From NCBI GenBank assembly GCA_001275005.1, contig JWZX01003377.1, positions 1 through 64,000 of the forward strand: a DNA stretch of 64,000 nt, written 5' to 3'. Shown in pieces: positions 1 through 11,052 of the stretch (positions are counted from its first letter, which is position 1; each line of letters opens with the position of its first letter). The translations under genes and the position numbers were made by a program. Origin of the DNA: Chrysochromulina tobinii (taxonomy: Eukaryota). The notes under the pieces are model-generated. The model had not been told where the DNA came from and did not search any database. It was given only the letters and a program-made list of their open reading frames with translations.

Positions 1-3000
1 AGCAGCGCGTGCTGCTGCTGCTCGACGGCCTCGACGAGGCGGGCGCCGAACGTGTGCGCATCGAGAAGCACGTTGCCGAGGTGCTCGCGCCCAAGGGGTT
101 TGTGATCCTGTGCACCTCGCGCCCGGCCGGCCTGGACGAGGCGGGCTTCGCCGGGTTCCACAGGCTGACCCTCGCTCCGCTGAGCGACGCGCAGCAAGAG
201 GCCTTCCTCGCCACGCGGCTCGGCGACGAGCGTGCGTCCGCGCTCAAGTCCTACCTGCGCGACAAGGTGCCGCTCGACACCGGCGGCGACGCCGGCACGA
301 AGCGCCGCGTCACCGCCAACCCCCTCATGCTCTCGATGGTGTGCTCCATTGCGCAGCTGCGTGTCGGCATCGACATGCCGACTACCACCGCCGAGCTGTA
401 CGAGGTGGCGGCCGGCGCGATGCTCAAACGGTCGGGTGTCCCCGTGTCGGACGACGCGCGCGCGCTGCTGCAAGCCACCTTCTTCGAGGCGCACGCTCGA
501 CGAGCAGCGCATCATCACCGAGGCGCACCTTGCCGCCGCAGCCGCGCGCATCGGCATGCGCGTCGGCAAGGCCGCCGCCCAGCGCGCGGCCGACGAGCTG
601 CGCACCCTTGTGGCGCGAGATGGGCTGCCGCTCGTGCGCCTTCTCGAGGCGAAGCCGCTGCAGATGCAGGCCTTCCACCTCTCCTTCCAGGAGTACTATG
701 CGATGCGCGTCATTGGCGAGGGCAGCGTGCAGCTGCCGTCGTTTGCCTGGGGCGTGTGGTGGACGAACGCCGTTCTCATGGGCGTGCAGGCGGGTGGCGC
801 GGCGTTTGGCGACGCGTTCGTGAAGGCGGCGCAGCTGCCGGCGGCGGCCAAAGCGGCGGCCGTGCCAGCCCAGGAGGCGTGGCGGCTGCGCGTTGTCGCC
901 ACGCTCGTGCGCAAGGGGCTGCCTACCGTGTGGCTACCCACGGCGCTCGAGGCAGCCAAGGGCGTGGCGCGCGAGGCGGCACGCGAGGCGGGGAAGCTGG
1001 CCGCTGCCGAGGCGCTCGTCGTGGGCATGCGCGTGCTCGCCCTCGACGAGATCTGGCAGCCGGCCGTCGTCGAACGCGTGGAGGGCGACACGGTGGACGT
1101 CAAGATTCAGGGGTGGGAGGAGAAGGAGGGCTTGCCGCGCACCCAGGCGCTCGTTGTCGCCTCCGACGGCGCGGGCGCGCTCCTCCGTCTCGCCGCGGGG
1201 GCGGGCGACTCGGCGCTCGTCCAGGCGCTGCTCGACGTGGGCGTCAACCCGTTTGTCGCCGACGAGCGCGCCAACACGCCGCTGCACCGCGCCGCCGCCG
1301 GTGGGCACGTGGCCATCTGCCGTGCGCTCCTCGCAAAGGGCGCCGACAAGGATCAGGAGAACACGCAGAGTCAGTCCGCAGACGATGCAGCACGGAATGC
1401 CAAGCAGCACGCCGTCGTTCGCCTCTTTGACCCCACGCTCTCGGACCGCGAGTTCACCGACGAGGCGTGCACGCGCACGGTGCGGCTGCGCGCCGCCGCG
1501 ACGGGGGACGTGTCGACCCTCGCACGCACGCAGGACGCGGGGAGGATCACGGCGCTCATGGTCGCGTCCCGCCGCAAGCAACACGCGGCCGTCGTCAAGC
1601 TACTGGCATCTTCAAACGCCTCCACGCTCAATGCGCTCAATGCGCAGAGCGCCGAAGGCTGCACCGCGCTCTACCTCGCCGCAGAGGAGGGTGCCGAGAC
1701 GATCGTGCAACTGCTCCTCAATCGAGGGGCAGATGCGGCGCTCGCCGATTCCGATGGTGACACTCCGCTCATGCGGGCGAGCGCTTTTGGACACGAGCGT
1801 TGCCTTCTCGTCCTGCTCGAGGCAAAGGCCGACCCAAATAAGGCGCGGCCCGACGGCAGGACCGCCTTGATGTCAGCTGCCCAAAATAGCCACGAGCGGT
1901 GCGCTTTCGTCCTGCTCAAGGCGGGGGCAGCCGTTGACGAAACCGAGGAAGACGGTTGGACGGCGCTCATGTTTGCTGCCCAAGATGGCCACGAGCAGGT
2001 TGCTCTCGTCCTGCTCAAGGCGGGGGCCGTAGTGAACACTCGGCTTCCAAATGGTGAGACGGCGCTTAACCTGGCATGCCAAAATGGGCATCTGGCGTGC
2101 ACGAAGGTGCTGCTGGACGCGGGAGCCAATGTCGAGCTCGCCCAGGACGACGGCCGCACCGCCTTGATGAAAGCTGCCAAAAACGGCCATGAGCAGGTTG
2201 CCCTCGTCCTGCTCGAGGCGGGCGCCGTCGTGGGCGCTCAGGACAGCGACGGCGAGACTGCCTTGATGTTAGCTGCCGATAATGGCCATGAGCAGGTTGC
2301 TCGCGTCCTGCTCGAGGCGGGCGCCGTCGTGAACACTCAGAACAACGACGGTTGGACCGCCTTGATGTCCGCTGCCCAAAATGGCCACGAGCAGGTTGCT
2401 CTCGTCCTGCTCAAGGCGGGCGCCATCGTGAACACTCGGCTTCCAAACGGCGAGGCGGCGCTTAACCTGGCATGCCAAAATGGGCATCTGGCGTGCACGA
2501 AGGTGCTGCTGGACGCGGGAGCCAATGTCGAGCTCGCCCAGGACGACGGCTGCACCGCCTTGATGAAAGCTGCCCAAAGCGGCCACGAGCAGGTTGCTCG
2601 CGTCCTGCTCGAGGCGGGGGCGACCGTTGACGAAACCGAGGAAGACGGTCACACAGCGCTCATGATGACGGCCGAAGATGGCCACGAGCGATGCGCTCGC
2701 GTCCTGCTTGAAGCGGGCGCCGTCGTGAACGCTCAGGACAGGGACGGTGAGACTGCCTTGATGTTAGCTGCCCAAAATGGCCACGACCTCTTCCTTCGCG
2801 TCCTGCTTGAGGCAAAGGCCGACCCCAACAAGGCAACGTCCGACGGCGAGACTGCCTTGATGTTTGCTGCCCAAAATGGCCACGAGCTCTGCCTTCGCGT
2901 CCTGCTCGAAGCGGGCGCCGTCGTGAACGCTCAGGACAGCGACGGCGAGACTGCCTTGATGTTAGCTGCCCAAAATGGCCAGGACCTCTGCCTTCGCGTC

Positions 3001-3087
3001 CTGCTCGAGGCGGGCGCCGTCGAACTTCCAGATGCTGATAGGAAGTCGAACCCGGCTTGTGGAGTGATGTGTTGTGCGTTGATGTAA
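1..3087 (+). CDS. NACHT-type STAND NTPase + Tudor/SH3-like module + ankyrin repeats (NLR-like), 5'-truncated, apparent +1 frameshift at ~495
   Basis: Walker B LLLLDGLDE, TSRP and NPLMLSM motifs in the 9..1430 frame. After FFEAH one extra G (495) moves the reading to the 232..3087 frame (LDEQRII...FHLSFQEYYA, a NACHT-associated winged-helix-type motif). Many 33-aa ankyrin repeats follow (GxTALMxAAxNGHxxxxxxLLxAGA). Ends CGVMCCALM*. Confidence 0.85.
1750..3020 (+). repeat. Tandem ~99-bp ankyrin-coding repeats, near-identical at DNA level
   Basis: For example ~1981-2190 and ~2377-2586 are almost identical, and gactgccttgatgttagctgcc recurs several times. Confidence 0.85.
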
Positions 3088-3176
3088 ACTCACTTCTACC
3101 GATTATCCCTCGACCCACGCTGGGCTTTTCACAGGAAAAAAGGTCAGCAAATTCTAAAGACAGCTCAGCGCAAAAC

Positions 3177-5701
3177 ATGCTCAAACTTCAGGTCCTGCTC
3201 CTCCTCATGGTGCCCTTTGGGCTGGTTGCACTGTACCATCACCTCAGCTATGCGACCTCTCGCCCTCACACGCTCGCCGGCCGGCCTCGTGGTTCTTCAC
3301 TGCCAAAGATTGGCCTACATTCGGACAGTGGAGCCCTCAAACACACGGAGGAGGCCCTCTCCAGTTTGGCCTCCGAATCGGCCGCTGCCACCAAAGCGGC
3401 CGACGAACCACTGGGGGAGCCGGGTGCTGAGGATGACGATTCGCAGGCTGCAGATGAAGAGGCTGCCGACAAGGTTGTGGCGGAGGAGGAGGAGGACGTG
3501 GAGCAGCCAGCAGCGAAGCCCAAGCAGCAGAAGCCAACTGGAACAGCTGCTGTAGCAGGGCAGCTGGCTCAAGCGACTGTCGGCGCTGCGGCCGGCGAGG
3601 ATGTCGCTGCTGCATATCCCGCGCCAACGCTCAGCAGCACCCGATTGCTGGACGGCTCCGAAAACTACCTACCAGTACCCGACGCGGAGAGCGCCGACCC
3701 GAGCGATCTGCGCTGGCGCGCGTCCATCCCGGATGCATGCAACCCCCCGGCGGATGCGGCGAGTGCACCGCTCGACTCTCCCGCACCGACGCTGCCCGCA
3801 GGCTGCGTGTGCCCGTCGGGCCGGCGGCCGTACCATACGATCCTCACGGCACAGGTGAGTACATACCAGCGCTGGCAGACGCTCATCTTCTACCACCACT
3901 TCAAGAAGCAGCAGCGACTGCATCCGTGCACCGAGATGGTCGGCTTCACGCGTCTTCTCGCATCCAACAACGGCGGCCCAGACGACCTTATGCAACTCAT
4001 GCCCACCGTCGCGGTGCCGCAGCTCGGCTTTGATAAAACTCGTGGCTTTCAGGTGCGACGCGCGCGGGGTTCAGCACGGCTACGCGCGCGGGGTTCAGCA
4101 CGGCTACGCAGCAGCAGCAGCACCAGCACCAGCGGCAGCGGCGGCGGCGGCAGCACCAGCACCAGCACCAGCACCAGCACCAGCACCAGCACCAGCACCA
4201 GCACCAGCACCAGCACCAGCACCAGCACCAGCTCGCGCGCCGCGGCGCCAGCACTGCCGAGCCTGGGCCCTGCGAACGAAGGCGCGCGCGCGTGACTGTG
4301 TGGCCTCGTGCCCGCCTCATGATTGCGCAGGTCATCAATCGGCCTTGGACGGTGCTCCAATTCTTGGGGATGCCCGAGTTTGCGCAGCGGATCACCGAAT
4401 CATACGTGTACATCGCCGAGACGGACCACCTTCTGCTGCACGACATTCCCAACCGCGCGACGCCCAAGCTCAACGTCGCCTTCTTCTTCCCTTATATGTC
4501 GCCAGTGCCCACGGAGCAGGCCACCGTGGTCAAGCGCTACTACGACGGCAACCATCTGACGGTGCAGCCAGTGGGGCCGTCGCCCGCGATCGTGCATGTA
4601 GACAACCTCAAGAAGCTGACGCCGCTCTGGTACCAGCTCTCGGTCGACCTCAAGGCCGACGGGGCCGCCGACCGAGCCTTCGGCTGGGTGCTCGAGATGT
4701 GGGGCTACTCGATTGCATGCGCGCGAGTGGGCGTCAAGCACTACGTGTGGCAACAGATCCAAATCGAGCCCTCGTCCACGTGGCACCAGAACGTCTCCGC
4801 CGAGAACCCGTACATCTACCACTACACGTTCGGTGTCGAGTACTCGATTGACGGCATCCCGATGGTTGGCGCCGTGGGCGAGTGGTCCCTCGATAAGCGC
4901 CACTACTTCGGCGCGCCGCCGCCGCGTAAGCTCGACGAGCCGCCAGCGTGCGCGCAGGAGTGTGCCTGGACGTGGTGGCGCTTGTTCAACGAGGCGACTG
5001 CCGCGCTCGGTGACGTGTACCCGGCTCAGTCTGGCGGCAACCTGCGCTCGTTCAACCCGGCGGCGGCACAATCCGACTCCGACGTTGGCAAACTCGGCCG
5101 CGCGATCACGCGAACGGGCCCGTGGGTCGTCGACGGCAAGAAGGGCCCAATCCTTTTCCACTCCATGGGGCGTGTCTCAGGCGCCCTCGGGCAAGGCACG
5201 TGGTCCGTAACGGGCGAACTGACGATCTCCCTCAACCTGTGCGGCCACTCCACGCTCACCTTCGACAGCAGCGAGACACCGACCAAGTTCACAGTCGGAA
5301 GCGCGGGTGCCCTCCGCCTGCGCGCCAGCGCGCTCGGCGCAGCCGGCGCCCTCGACGCGATCTGGACCTCATCTCGCGACCCCAAGTGGCAGTCCAGCGA
5401 CGTGGACCATGTCGGCGTGAAGCGGCTCCTCGGCACCGGACCGTGGGCGTGGGCGGGGATCTCGACCATGGCGTTCTTCGACCATGGCGTCCTCGTCACT
5501 CCGTGGGGCCACGGCACCTACGTGCCCGACCGCGAAGCCGCGGACGTTGTGCTCCTCACGTTTGCGGGCATCGTCCACCGCGTAACTACCCATGAGTGCC
5601 ACAAGTTCACTTCGGTGCGCGCGAGCGACGGCAACAAGGTCGAAGGCTGGATCCAGCTCGGCGGAGGGTCGCCAGGCTCCAAATGCCATCAGCAGTGGTG
5701 A
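3177..5701 (+). CDS. HPAT: Hydroxyproline O-arabinosyltransferase-like glycosyltransferase (GT95/HPAT), 2 exons: 3177-4052, 4331-5701
   Basis: N-terminal signal anchor. GT-AG intron 4053-4330 gives the in-frame join GFQ|VINRPW. Motifs YIAETDH, FGWVLEMWGYSIA, YIYHYTFG and WSLDKRHY are typical of plant HPAT. Confidence 0.85.
4058..4229 (+). repeat. Intronic repeats: 24-bp direct repeat x2 (4058-4105) and (AGCACC)13 microsatellite (4152-4229)
   Basis: Directly visible inside the HPAT intron. Confidence 0.9.
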
Positions 5702-6076
5702 GGCCGGCGTTAGAGCCCTGACGCAAACGTGACGCGACGCGCGCGGTTTTTTCGCGATTCGGCATAGTTATGCGAGGATCGTCTGCTGTGTAATTCGTTT
5801 TTGAGGATGACACAGAAGAGTTGAAGTGCGAGACATCAAGATCAAGAATTCCCGCGCATCGTACGGAGCTCAGCTAGTCAGCAATGACAGTTCCTAGTAC
5901 GAAGTACCGCTCTAAGCCGCGAGCCGGCACGAGCGCGCCCGCCCGGTGGCGGGTCGTGCGGAGCGAGAGCGCAAGCGGCGACGAGACGCCCAGCGCCGAG
6001 AACCCCCGGCGGAACGACGCCCATTGCCTACATGTAGCCTACATGTACTAGAGGTCTAGACCTTTCACTTAAGAAG

Positions 6077-7444
6077 CTAGACGTCGACAGCCGACGTCTT
6101 GAGTCGCCTTGTGACGACCGGCGCCACGTCCGTCGGGGCCCGCGAGCCGAGCGTGAAGATCGCCTCGAAGTTGCGCGCTGGCCACGTGTCAATCATTTGT
6201 GAGGGCTCCTCCTTGAGAACGGCAAGCTGCAGCGACTCGTTGAAGACGAGGCCGGCCGCATTCGCCTGCTGCTCGTAGACTCTCCACGATGAGTAGTCTG
6301 TGTGGGGCGCGAGCCGCAACGCGGCGGGGTCGGTAGGCAGCGAGGTTTCAGGAAACGCCGCACTCCAGGAGTGCACAAGGTCAAACCATATCTGCAGATC
6401 GCCCGGATTGTCCCACTCACGGAGAACGAAGGCGCCACGTGGGCCGAGCGCGGCGGCGATGAGCGCGTACACGCACGCGCGCATTCGGCTCGTGGGCAGG
6501 TGGTGGAAGGTGACCGAAGAGAAGATGAGGGCGAGTCCCTCGCCAGTGCTTGCCTCGCGCAGCGGCGCCACCAGCGCCGCGGCAGCCTCGCAGTATGCGG
6601 ACTCGTCCTTCGGGTCAGGGAGCACGTGGCGCACATATTGGCCCGCCGTGTCGTTGAGTTCGTACACTTCGATGCAGTGCAGCTGGCTCGCATCCGCATG
6701 CAAGTGGCTCCCGAGCTCTCGGAGGGCCTCACCATCGCCGCAGCCGAAGTCGAGTACGACGCAGCTGCGCGTCTGCCAGCACTGTGGGCGCGTCAGCTCG
6801 AGCAGCTGGCTCGCCCACACGCCCGACACCGGAGGCGGCCGTTTGTACGGCGGCGGCTGCAGCCACGCAGCGAGCGCTCCGAGCACATCGAGGTCGACGC
6901 GGCTCGGTGCCTCCTCGTCGACCCACAATCCCGTGTACGCGACCGGCACGCCGTCGCTGCACGTCTGCTCGACGAGCTGGAGAAACCCGTTGACGCAGCT
7001 CTGCTCGCCGCAGTCCAGACCCTGTGTGTCGTGCTCGATGGCGTCCTCAAGCAGCCTTGAGACTGAGGCATAGCGAAAGGTGCGGCAAACAATGCTCTGT
7101 TGTGCAGAGGGCGGCTCCTCACGAAGGAGCGCCAGACGCGCCTTGGCTGCCGCCCGCATGCGCTCGGCGTCTGTTGGTGGGTCTGGATCACCTGTGATGC
7201 GGCTGTCCCTCAATCTCCTACTGCTGCTGCTCTGATGCTTTGCGGGTGCGGCATAGCCGTGCGCCCTGTTGAAGCCGAATTGAAGGAACACCAGAGCAAC
7301 GAAGCCGCCGAATATTGATGTGCATGATGGCCGCGTACTGCCACTGGCCGGTCTGTGCTGCTTTGACGGTAAGTGAACGTTGGCAGGCGGTATGTCGACG
7401 ACGGCCGGCCACTCGGGCGTCGCGTCAACACAAGGTCGTCGCAT
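6077..7444 (-). CDS. Class I SAM-dependent methyltransferase with an N-terminal hydrophobic segment
   Basis: Motif I VVLDFGCGDG, post-II SSVTFHHL, and LGPRGAFVLRE. Confidence 0.75.
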   Translation of the reverse strand: MRRPCVDATPEWPAVVDIPPANVHLPSKQHRPASGSTRPSCTSIFGGFVALVFLQFGFNRAHGYAAPAKHQSSSSRRLRDSRITGDPDPPTDAERMRAAAKARLALLREEPPSAQQSIVCRTFRYASVSRLLEDAIEHDTQGLDCGEQSCVNGFLQLVEQTCSDGVPVAYTGLWVDEEAPSRVDLDVLGALAAWLQPPPYKRPPPVSGVWASQLLELTRPQCWQTRSCVVLDFGCGDGEALRELGSHLHADASQLHCIEVYELNDTAGQYVRHVLPDPKDESAYCEAAAALVAPLREASTGEGLALIFSSVTFHHLPTSRMRACVYALIAAALGPRGAFVLREWDNPGDLQIWFDLVHSWSAAFPETSLPTDPAALRLAPHTDYSSWRVYEQQANAAGLVFNESLQLAVLKEEPSQMIDTWPARNFEAIFTLGSRAPTDVAPVVTRRLKTSAVDV

Positions 7445-7696
7445 GGCGTGAAGCTACCGGGTGTGAAACTGATGTCTGAGAGTGTGAACACACCCCAAGT
7501 TAGACTATATTTCTTTGTTCTCTTTGGTGCCGGCGTTAAGAGCCATTCCCTGGAACATACTCGCCTGTACCGTCTTTTCATGAGACCCGACGAAGACAGA
7601 TCCCCCACGCCACCCAGTCGCAGCACGCTCATATCAGGATCTTCCATCCAAGGAGTCTGCATCTTGGGCTCATTTTGGCCCAGCACGCGCACCGGT

Positions 7697-9325
7697 TCAA
7701 TTCCACAAGGTGACATCGGTTACCTTCCGATTGTCGCCCGGGGTGTAGTAGTGAAAGCCGTTGACGCCGGCATGCGACACATCGATACGCACTTCGGGAT
7801 GATCGGCGTCGACCTGCGCGATCAGAAAGTTGTGCGGTCTGGGCACGCTGGAAAATGTGAGCCCGCCCACGTTCGTGAAGAGCTTGCTGGAGGTGGACAT
7901 GGCCACGTGGTTGTGCCCGCAGAAGACGCCCTTCACCATCGGACGGTACGCTTCGGGCACCACATCTGTGCCCACGCTCATCACCTCGGGATGGTGCCCG
8001 AGGACGTACACGATGCCGGCGTCGCCGTGCGTGCGATGGACCCAATCGAGCGACTGCTCGAGGTAGGACTGCTGCGCGGGGTTGTCGCCGCCCAGATTCG
8101 TGTTGAGGACGATGGCGTACGACCGATTGGTAAGTGCGGGCAATGCCTTCATGTAGAAGCCGACCAGCTTGAAGACGTCCGTCTGCGAGAACACCTCAGT
8201 TTCACTGAAAGAGGACGTGTATTTCACACCGAGGTCGTCGGTGACGACGTTCGCGGCGAGGAGAGCACCCGCCCAAGCTTGGGTGGCGTTATCTTGCTGT
8301 TTGAAGATGGAGTCATGCGGGCCGTCGTTGTTGCCGGCGGTCCAGACGATGTTGGCCGCGCTGCCACCGAAGCGCTTGAGGACATCGCTCATCATGCGGG
8401 TCAGCGTGAGGTTCACCGCCTTCGCATTGTCCGCCTTGCTCGGCGAACCATCGAACGAGTGCGCCTGCGAGTCGCCTACGAAAAAGTAGACCGTCGCATT
8501 CGCGGCGGCCTTGGAGTAGTAGTGCGAGGCGTGGATGTCTACTGGCGGATCGGCCAGAATAAGCTCGCACGTCGACGGCACCGAGTGCTTGTTCTGGCAC
8601 GAGAACATGTTCTCGAGCGTTGCGTTGTGGAAGCGACTGACGCCGGCGTCGGTCAACAGTTGGTCGTACTTTGACGACGTAGCCGTCGTTGCGCCGTCGC
8701 TCGGGTTCAGCGGAGGAGCCGAGGGTGATAGGTACCATGGCTCCACGTGTGAGTCCGACGAGATCAGGATGGTGACGGCATCCGCGCCGAGCGGCGGTGA
8801 GGGTGCCATCACAGGCAGCTGGTCTCGTGGCGCTGGTGTGGCGCACTGGGTGCACGTGCCGAGACAATGGCCCTTCAACCACGCAGCCGCCGGAGTCGTG
8901 CACGCACGCACGTGCAAGGCAAAGAGCTCCTCGAAGCCCATGGCGGGTTCCGTTGCTTCCGAGTGGCCGGTGGAGCGGTGGCGGTGAACGCCACACTCGA
9001 GGAAGCTAACAGCGTCTAGGGTTGGATCAACGCACTGCTTTTCGCCGAATGGATACCGTTCGAATGGAGAAGAGCGTCGCCGCAAATAGGCCGCCGACGC
9101 CAGAGGCCATGGCTCGGCAGAGGAGAGGATGCCAACGGCCATCTCAAGTCCAGAGACGATGCCATCTCCATCATGATCCATGGTCTTCAGGGCGCTGCGA
9201 AGCTCGTCAACAATGTAGGGCGCGACAGTTGTGCTCTCGACTGCACCAGCTGCGCCTACTACGAGGTGAGCGACGGCGCCTACGACAAGGAGTCGTCGAC
9301 AAACAGAAGTCGCAAGGGCCCCCAT
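7697..9325 (-). CDS. Secreted calcineurin-like metallophosphoesterase (acid sphingomyelinase/endopolyphosphatase-like) with an EF-hand
   Basis: Metal-binding motifs SDSH, VGD, AGNND, GHHP, CGHNH. EF-hand DHDGDGIVSGLE. Hydrophobic leader after ATG 9325; the ORF is open to 9418. Confidence 0.75.
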   Translation of the reverse strand: MGALATSVCRRLLVVGAVAHLVVGAAGAVESTTVAPYIVDELRSALKTMDHDGDGIVSGLEMAVGILSSAEPWPLASAAYLRRRSSPFERYPFGEKQCVDPTLDAVSFLECGVHRHRSTGHSEATEPAMGFEELFALHVRACTTPAAAWLKGHCLGTCTQCATPAPRDQLPVMAPSPPLGADAVTILISSDSHVEPWYLSPSAPPLNPSDGATTATSSKYDQLLTDAGVSRFHNATLENMFSCQNKHSVPSTCELILADPPVDIHASHYYSKAAANATVYFFVGDSQAHSFDGSPSKADNAKAVNLTLTRMMSDVLKRFGGSAANIVWTAGNNDGPHDSIFKQQDNATQAWAGALLAANVVTDDLGVKYTSSFSETEVFSQTDVFKLVGFYMKALPALTNRSYAIVLNTNLGGDNPAQQSYLEQSLDWVHRTHGDAGIVYVLGHHPEVMSVGTDVVPEAYRPMVKGVFCGHNHVAMSTSSKLFTNVGGLTFSSVPRPHNFLIAQVDADHPEVRIDVSHAGVNGFHYYTPGDNRKVTDVTLWN

Positions 9326-9481
9326 GGGTCGCGCTACTCGCGGGGCCTGCTTCGGCGTGGCCGACGCGCCGTCGGCCCTGAGAACTCGAGTTCCGGAATG
9401 TACCATCATGTGAGTCAAGTACCGTACCCGTAATCGAGCCGTTTTCGCGCTCTGCGGACTTGTTCACGCGTGCAACTGTGA

Positions 9482-10702
9482 ATGAGACGCGCAATGGCGA
9501 CCTTGAGCCGGCGTATACAGGCGACGGACGCGCCATGCATCGTCACGATGCAGCAGATGATGCGTGGACGCACTGACATCCTCTCCCTCGCGCAAGGTAT
9601 CGTGCACTGGTCTCCGCCGCCAGAGGCCCTGGCGTCCGCAGCACAGCTCGTCGGAGAGCACAGCACGTCGCTCTACGGCGCTGACGACGGCCTGCCCGAG
9701 GTGCGTGCTGCGCTCAAGACGAAGCTCGCACAAGAGAATAGCATCACTGCTTCCGAGGTCATGGTCACCGCCGGCGCCAACCAAGCCTTCACCAACATCG
9801 TGCTCTCTCTGCTCGATGCCAGCGATGCGTGCGCCCTCTTCAAACCATACTACTTCAACCACCTCATGGCGCTGCAGATGACGGGCGCGGGTTCAGGCGC
9901 AGACATCTTCATCGCGCCCTCGACGACCGAGCTGCAGCCGGACGTGAACGCGCTGCGGGGCGAGATGCACCAGCGGAAGGCCCAGGGTCGGCCGCCCATC
10001 AAGCTCGTGACCGTGTCCAACCCTGGCAACCCGACCGGTGTGATGATCCCAAAGGCGCGGCTACTCGAGCTGAGCGCCGTGTGCGCCGAACACGGCGCGT
10101 GGCTCGTGATCGATAACACCTACGAGCATTTTGCGTATCCGAACGAGGCGCCCCACGAGTGCATCGAGGCGGCGCACATTGTCAACGTCTTCTCCTTCTC
10201 GAAGGCGTTCGGGATGATGGGCTGGCGCGTAGGCTACCTCGCGTACCCGCCGCCGCTCGCGCCCGAGCTGCTCAAAGCCCAAGATACGATCGTCATCTGC
10301 CCGTCCATCCTCTCGCAGCGCCTCGCGCTCGCCGCCATGGCGCCCGGCCGTTGCTGGGTTCACGAGCGCGTCAGCGGCCTCGCCGAGCAGAAGGCGCTCG
10401 TGCTCGATGCGCTCACGACGGCGCTCCCCGCGGGCTCGATCCAAGGCGGCTCCGGTGCCATCTACCTCTTTTGCAAGCTGCCCGTCGAGGACGACCTCGC
10501 CGCCGTGCGCTGGCTCACCAAGAAGCATAAGGTCGCGACGATCCCCGGCAGCGCGTGCGGCATGCCTGGGCACTTTCGGGTCTGCTACGCGAACCTGCCG
10601 CTTGAGTCGACACGCGTCGCGGCTGAGCGGTTGCGAGCAGGCCTCGCCGAGCTCGCCGCCGGTGGCGTCGACCTCTCAGATGAGGCTCTAGCACAGCTGT
10701 AG
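9482..10702 (+). CDS. PLP-dependent class I/II aminotransferase, ISS1/VAS1-like aromatic aminotransferase
   Basis: SLAQGIVHWSPP, VTAGANQAF, NPGNPTG, DNTYEHF and SFSKAFGMMGWRVGY (PLP lysine). Confidence 0.9.
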   Translation: MRRAMATLSRRIQATDAPCIVTMQQMMRGRTDILSLAQGIVHWSPPPEALASAAQLVGEHSTSLYGADDGLPEVRAALKTKLAQENSITASEVMVTAGANQAFTNIVLSLLDASDACALFKPYYFNHLMALQMTGAGSGADIFIAPSTTELQPDVNALRGEMHQRKAQGRPPIKLVTVSNPGNPTGVMIPKARLLELSAVCAEHGAWLVIDNTYEHFAYPNEAPHECIEAAHIVNVFSFSKAFGMMGWRVGYLAYPPPLAPELLKAQDTIVICPSILSQRLALAAMAPGRCWVHERVSGLAEQKALVLDALTTALPAGSIQGGSGAIYLFCKLPVEDDLAAVRWLTKKHKVATIPGSACGMPGHFRVCYANLPLESTRVAAERLRAGLAELAAGGVDLSDEALAQL

Positions 10703-10995
10703 CGTTGCTGATCTGGCTTCAAGTTCGCCGGGATGCTCAGATCCCTTGACCCTCAATACATGCAACTCCCTAGCCGAGGGCGAGCGCGAGCGCTCGATAC
10801 TCATGTAGGAATGATATTACATTCGCGTTTGTCGCTTTGTCCTGACTTCTGCGGGCTCGCTCGAGGCCAGCGCCATGTACAGCACGCCATGCTAAAGCCA
10901 TACGCAACGCAACGTCTCACAAGACCGGCGCCATGCCTAACTGAGATCGTCTGGTTCGTCGTTAGACGAAACTTGATGCAACGGTCTCGCTGCAA

Positions 10996-11004
10996 CCGAG
11001 AGAC
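10996..11004 (+). promoter_or_regulatory. Candidate nitrate-regulon element CCGAGAGAC upstream of CNX2
   Basis: Part of the 14-mer CAACCGAGAGACAG (10993-11006), which is identical to 28639-28652 in the NR/cyt b5 promoter. About 49 bp before ATG 11053. Confidence 0.6.
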
Positions 11005-11052
11005 AGGCCAAGGACTCGCTGTCCCCGACGGTATCGAAAAGCCGTCCGCCCC

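Noticed and set aside
4030..4473. ORFs with (AP)n, (WC)n, (LV)n or (ST)n runs
   Set aside because: They are translations of an intronic hexamer microsatellite.
5900..6065. GC-rich stretch and short palindromic cctacatgtag repeats as a possible MITE
   Set aside because: No terminal inverted repeats or TSD could be established, and there is no second copy in the window.
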